DNA from: Albugo candida
Lineage: Eukaryota
Assembly: GCA_040437565.1 (NCBI GenBank)
Contig: JBDOQK010000050.1
Coordinates: 1-64,000 of the forward strand
DNA: 64,000 nucleotides
Reading direction: 5' to 3'
Within the stretch, counting starts at the first letter, position 1; each line of letters opens with the position of its first letter. This document shows positions 60,319 to 64,000 of the stretch, piece by piece. A model generated the notes under the pieces. That model had not been told where the DNA came from, made no database searches, and saw nothing but the letters and a program-made list of their open reading frames with translations. The position numbers were made by a program, and so were the translations under genes.

Positions 60319-61583
60319 TTATGATAGTTCCTTTAGCGTATCGCATCTTACTTCTTGGAAGATCTGCGTTTCGAATCGTCTAAGATCATCCGTTTTCTCT
60401 CCAGCTTTTCTGCAACTTCAATTTCAAGTTTACGAATGTCGTCCATGGTCAAACCGTACCACTCATCCGTTAGACATTGCGCCTACAAGCTCATAACTAA
60501 GAAAACTACGTCTTGTAATTGACAAACACGAACCTGACAGAGTGTCGAGTGAAAGAGCTGACGTTGTTGATCTCTGATGCTCTTCTCTGCCTATATTTGA
60601 GCAATAATTTATGGTTGCAAGTGAGAGATGAAAAGCACTTGTGGCGCACACCTTTCCCTGAACTCCCCAGTATTCAAAGTTGATTCGGACCGCCTTATAG
60701 CACGTCATGACTGGTGTTATTTGATGGTACCAGTCTTTCGCTAGTGGGCCACGACCTGTTTTTTTCGACACGTACTATTGTCAGAGCAGACCGTATCAGT
60801 TCCAAGCCCAAAGACCTTGAAAAATTTGCTTACAGTAGCGGGATCGTCTTGGTCAGCCATGAGATTATTGGAGTATTTCTGAGCGATATCGAGTCTTTGT
60901 GGAATACAAATGAATTAGAGGTCTTGAATGCTAGCGGAAGAAAAAGATTTTATACACTTCAATGTTGCGTTTTGCAAGCTCCTTCTCCGACAAATTGAGA
61001 GCGTTAGCTGAAGAAGGATGTCAGTTATGATAACCGGTGTGCATGTCCACAGGGAATAAAGTACAAACACGTGGTTCCGCCGTCAGGCAGGTGCATGGAA
61101 TCGATCGCGATATAAAATCGATTTTTGGCAAGATATCCATTTACAATAACAGTCGTGCAGCGTGGATACGAGTTCCAGGCTTCTTCAATTAACACCATAC
61201 TGTCTTCTGGGCAACTGACGTAACGTCAGAAAAGACATCGAGGGCAGGAGATGAATCGTACAGTGCTGAAAAAAATCCGGGTATCTTGGATTTACAATAG
61301 TAATGCTTCAAAGTATATTGGCCTTTATCATGAGGGACGGGCCAATTTGATACGGAAGAAACGGAGACCTACGATATGATTGAGATAACCTTCAAAGATG
61401 AGCAAATTGAAGCAGCACAACTTGGCCATTTGTGTTATCATAAGGCTCATTTTTGACGATTTCAACACCTTCGCCGCCTCCTGTGAGTTTCTCACTTGCA
61501 TCTACGACCATGTACAATTGTGCGATTTGGAAATCGTCAACAGTCATGTGCAGCGGAACACGGAACTCATGTATCAACACCAT
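60319..61583 (-). CDS. Phosphatidylinositol transfer protein (PITP family), multi-exon
   Basis: MVLIHEFRVPLHMTVDDFQIAQLY, GGGEGVEIVKNEPY, KGQYTLKHY, LIEEAWNSYP and SKKTGRGPL..DW...MTCYKAV...YWGVQGK. Confidence 0.95.
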
Positions 61584-61735
61584 CTCCTGTGTGCTGAAAG
61601 AGAGCACACAGCGGAAGCACAATCCGTTTTGAATGCGTTAGTGTGACACACATATTGTTAGGGTCAGCTCTATTCAATTTCATCTCATCACCAAAATAGT
61701 GGAGAGAAAAAGACGCTCTTTTCGCTGTGATTACT

Positions 61736-64000
61736 ATGGGAAACAGCGACAGTAAAAGCAGATTTAGAGAAAGCGTATATAAATTGAACAATGAGATCAT
61801 TTCCGCGAAAAATCTCGAGTTCTGGGACAAGTTGTGGCGAATTCCAACCGCAGCAGAAGAAATCTACACATTAATCCAGCCTGACGATGTTCGAATGCTA
61901 CGAAGACAACAACCAGCTAATCTCGCCACAATGGTCCGCCAGGCGATATCTCAATTGACGCAGATTGTCAAGACCCCGCTGCCTAAGTACTATTCACAAG
62001 CAACAAACTGCGTACGGCACGCTACTCGAACAAACTTCTATTTACTCACTGATCTAAATTAGGTTCGCATCTTGACTCGATTGATTCCATTCATATTGGA
62101 GGATTCTTGTACGTGATAGAATACCCGCAAACGTCTGCGATGAATGCTTACAAACGCTGAAAAGCGGATGAGTTTGTAGAGCAGCTTTTCTGGATTCCTC
62201 CTTTGGAATGCAACGTAAGAGTGAAGCATAACGAGAGCGAAGCTGAGGACGACAAAAATGCTTCGAACACTCTGGATAGCGAATACATGGATGAAGTAGT
62301 GGCAACATCAACATTAGCGAGACAATTGGTTCATGCTATAATGGGGCTATTGTTTCTGCCCGATTACACAGTTTCTAATCAAGCTTACAAAGGTTATGGA
62401 GAAGAACTACAGTGTGTAATTCGGTCTGACGAATCACAAGAACCTCGTGTGTACCCTTCTGTACTTTGGGCTCCTGGTGTGGGGTATCCGGATGCAAATG
62501 TGAACAGCACGGTGCAATTCGATAAGAACCGTAAAGAAGTGCTCAAGCTCTTATTGACATGTTTTTCTGGAATTTTATTTCAGACCGCCGAAAGCTGTAC
62601 GAGTTGGAGCGATCGGTTCTTAAAAATCGCAACAGCGGACGAGTGTCCGTTTGCATCAACTTTGTTTTACTCGTTACTAAATGTGATGGTGACCTATGAT
62701 CCAGTCGGATGGGGAGTCCCGTACGCAACTACTATTGTCAATGATGACCGAGACTCTTTAGTTGATGCCGCGTTGCAAGTATTNNNNNNNNNNNNNNNNN
62801 NNNNNNNNNNNNNNNNNNNNNNNNNNNNNNNNNNNNNNNNNNNNNNNNNNNNNNNNNNNNNNNNNNNNNNNNNNNNNNNNNNNTGTGTACCCTTCTGTAC
62901 TTTGGGCTCCTGGTGTGGGGTATCCGGATGCAAATGTGAACAGCACGGTGCAATTCGATAAGAACCGTAAAGAAGTGCTCAAGCTCTTATTGACATGTTT
63001 TTCTGGAATTTTATTTCAGACCGCCGAAAGCTGTACGAGTTGGAGCGATCGGTTCTTAAAAATCGCAACAGCGGACGAGTGTCCGTTTGCATCAACTTTG
63101 TTTTACTCGTTACTAAATGTGATGGTGACCTATGATCCAGTCGGATGGGGAGTCCCGTACGCAACTACTATTGTCAATGATGACCGAGACTCTTTAGTTG
63201 ATGCCGCGTTGCAAGTATTTCTAGTGCTACTCGATTTTGGACAGACAAAAGCAATAATGAACGTGGATTCTGCTCAGCCTGCAACGAAGGCGTACTTCAA
63301 TATCAATGATGCGAAAAAACACAAGGGAACAAACAAGAAAGAGAGTGCGTCTACTGCAGCCACCGAAGTCGACACACTTCCAAATGCTTCATCTACCAAG
63401 ACTTTATCGACTCCATCAGAGTTTAATAATGTATATAGACGGCTACTAGCAACACTTTCACGAGAAGAAGACCTACATTTAGTGCTCAATAGCATTTCTC
63501 GACTCTTGAATAATTATCATCAGTCAATGAGCACATTACTACCCAATTCTATCAAGCAAATTACTTGCCATCAAGAGCTTCTAGTTTTATTGTGGAAATT
63601 GCTCGATGAGAACAAGAACTCGCTTCGGTTTGTATTACAAAAGCTCGACACCAATCAATTGGTAATCCCGTTGTTGTTTCTGATGTATGAAGGACGACAA
63701 GAGCCTTCCAAAGTGGGAATGATACATATATGCACCTTCATTTTATTGCTACTCAGTGGTGAGCGCGATTTCAGTGTCAATCTCAACAAATCTTTTGATC
63801 TGCGACTGCCGCTCGATCTGCCGATATTTTCAGGAAATCACGCCGATTTGTTGGTAGTTTGTCTGCACAAGATCATCGTCAGTGGTTATGAAAAGCTGAA
63901 TTCAGTGTACAATTGCTTCTTGACAATTATTTGCAACATTTCGCCCTACTGCATGAAGCTGCACATGGTACGTTGTCGTCCTCTGGCTTCTTCGTGTCAC
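61736..64000 (+). CDS. HID1: HID1/dymeclin-family Golgi protein, runs off the window end
   Basis: MGNSDSKSRFR (myristoylation-type Gly2), FWDKLW, PANLAT, NC|VRILTRLIPFILE, FYSLLN..YDPVGWGVPY, LLLSGERDFSVNLN and GNHADLL. 62448-62783 is duplicated at 62884-63219 across a gap. Confidence 0.92.

Noticed and set aside
1..64000. CRISPR arrays, rRNA, prokaryotic operons or defence systems; RXLR/CRN/CCG effectors
   Set aside because: No regularly spaced repeats or rRNA-like sequence, and the gene structure is eukaryotic. I found no ORF with a convincing signal peptide plus effector motif.

Overview
Eukaryotic draft-assembly scaffold, most likely an oomycete of the compact Albugo type. This assignment is inference from short GT-AG introns of about 55-90 bp, very short intergenic spacers and oomycete-type FYVE and Copia sequences. 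The window has two compartments. (1) 1 to about 22,300 is a graveyard of dead transposons with no intact host gene that I can recognise: a Mutator (MULE) transposase broken by several nested insertions, a head-to-head pair of MuDR elements around a small TIR element, an IS630/Tc1/mariner-like transposase relic and a degenerate Copia. (2) About 23,300 to 64,000 is gene-dense: DENN, a dead DHHC, GRIP golgin, mitochondrial IF2, tandem PHD, PIG-V, FYVE, Med15-like, PWWP-DEK_C-2xTFIIS-N, peroxisomal carrier, PX, PA2G4/EBP1, a divergent SMC, PITP and HID1. There are 15 gaps of 100 N. Thirteen are flanked by a direct duplication, so the apparent tandem gene copies are unmerged contig overlaps, some carrying two haplotypes. 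I cannot support a new multi-gene system. The best leads are the PWWP-DEK_C-double-TFIIS-N chromatin protein, the hard-to-classify SMC, the DHHC-to-DHPW dead enzyme and a Tc1 excision footprint reused as an insertion site. All calls come from reading motifs by eye; no database searches were run.
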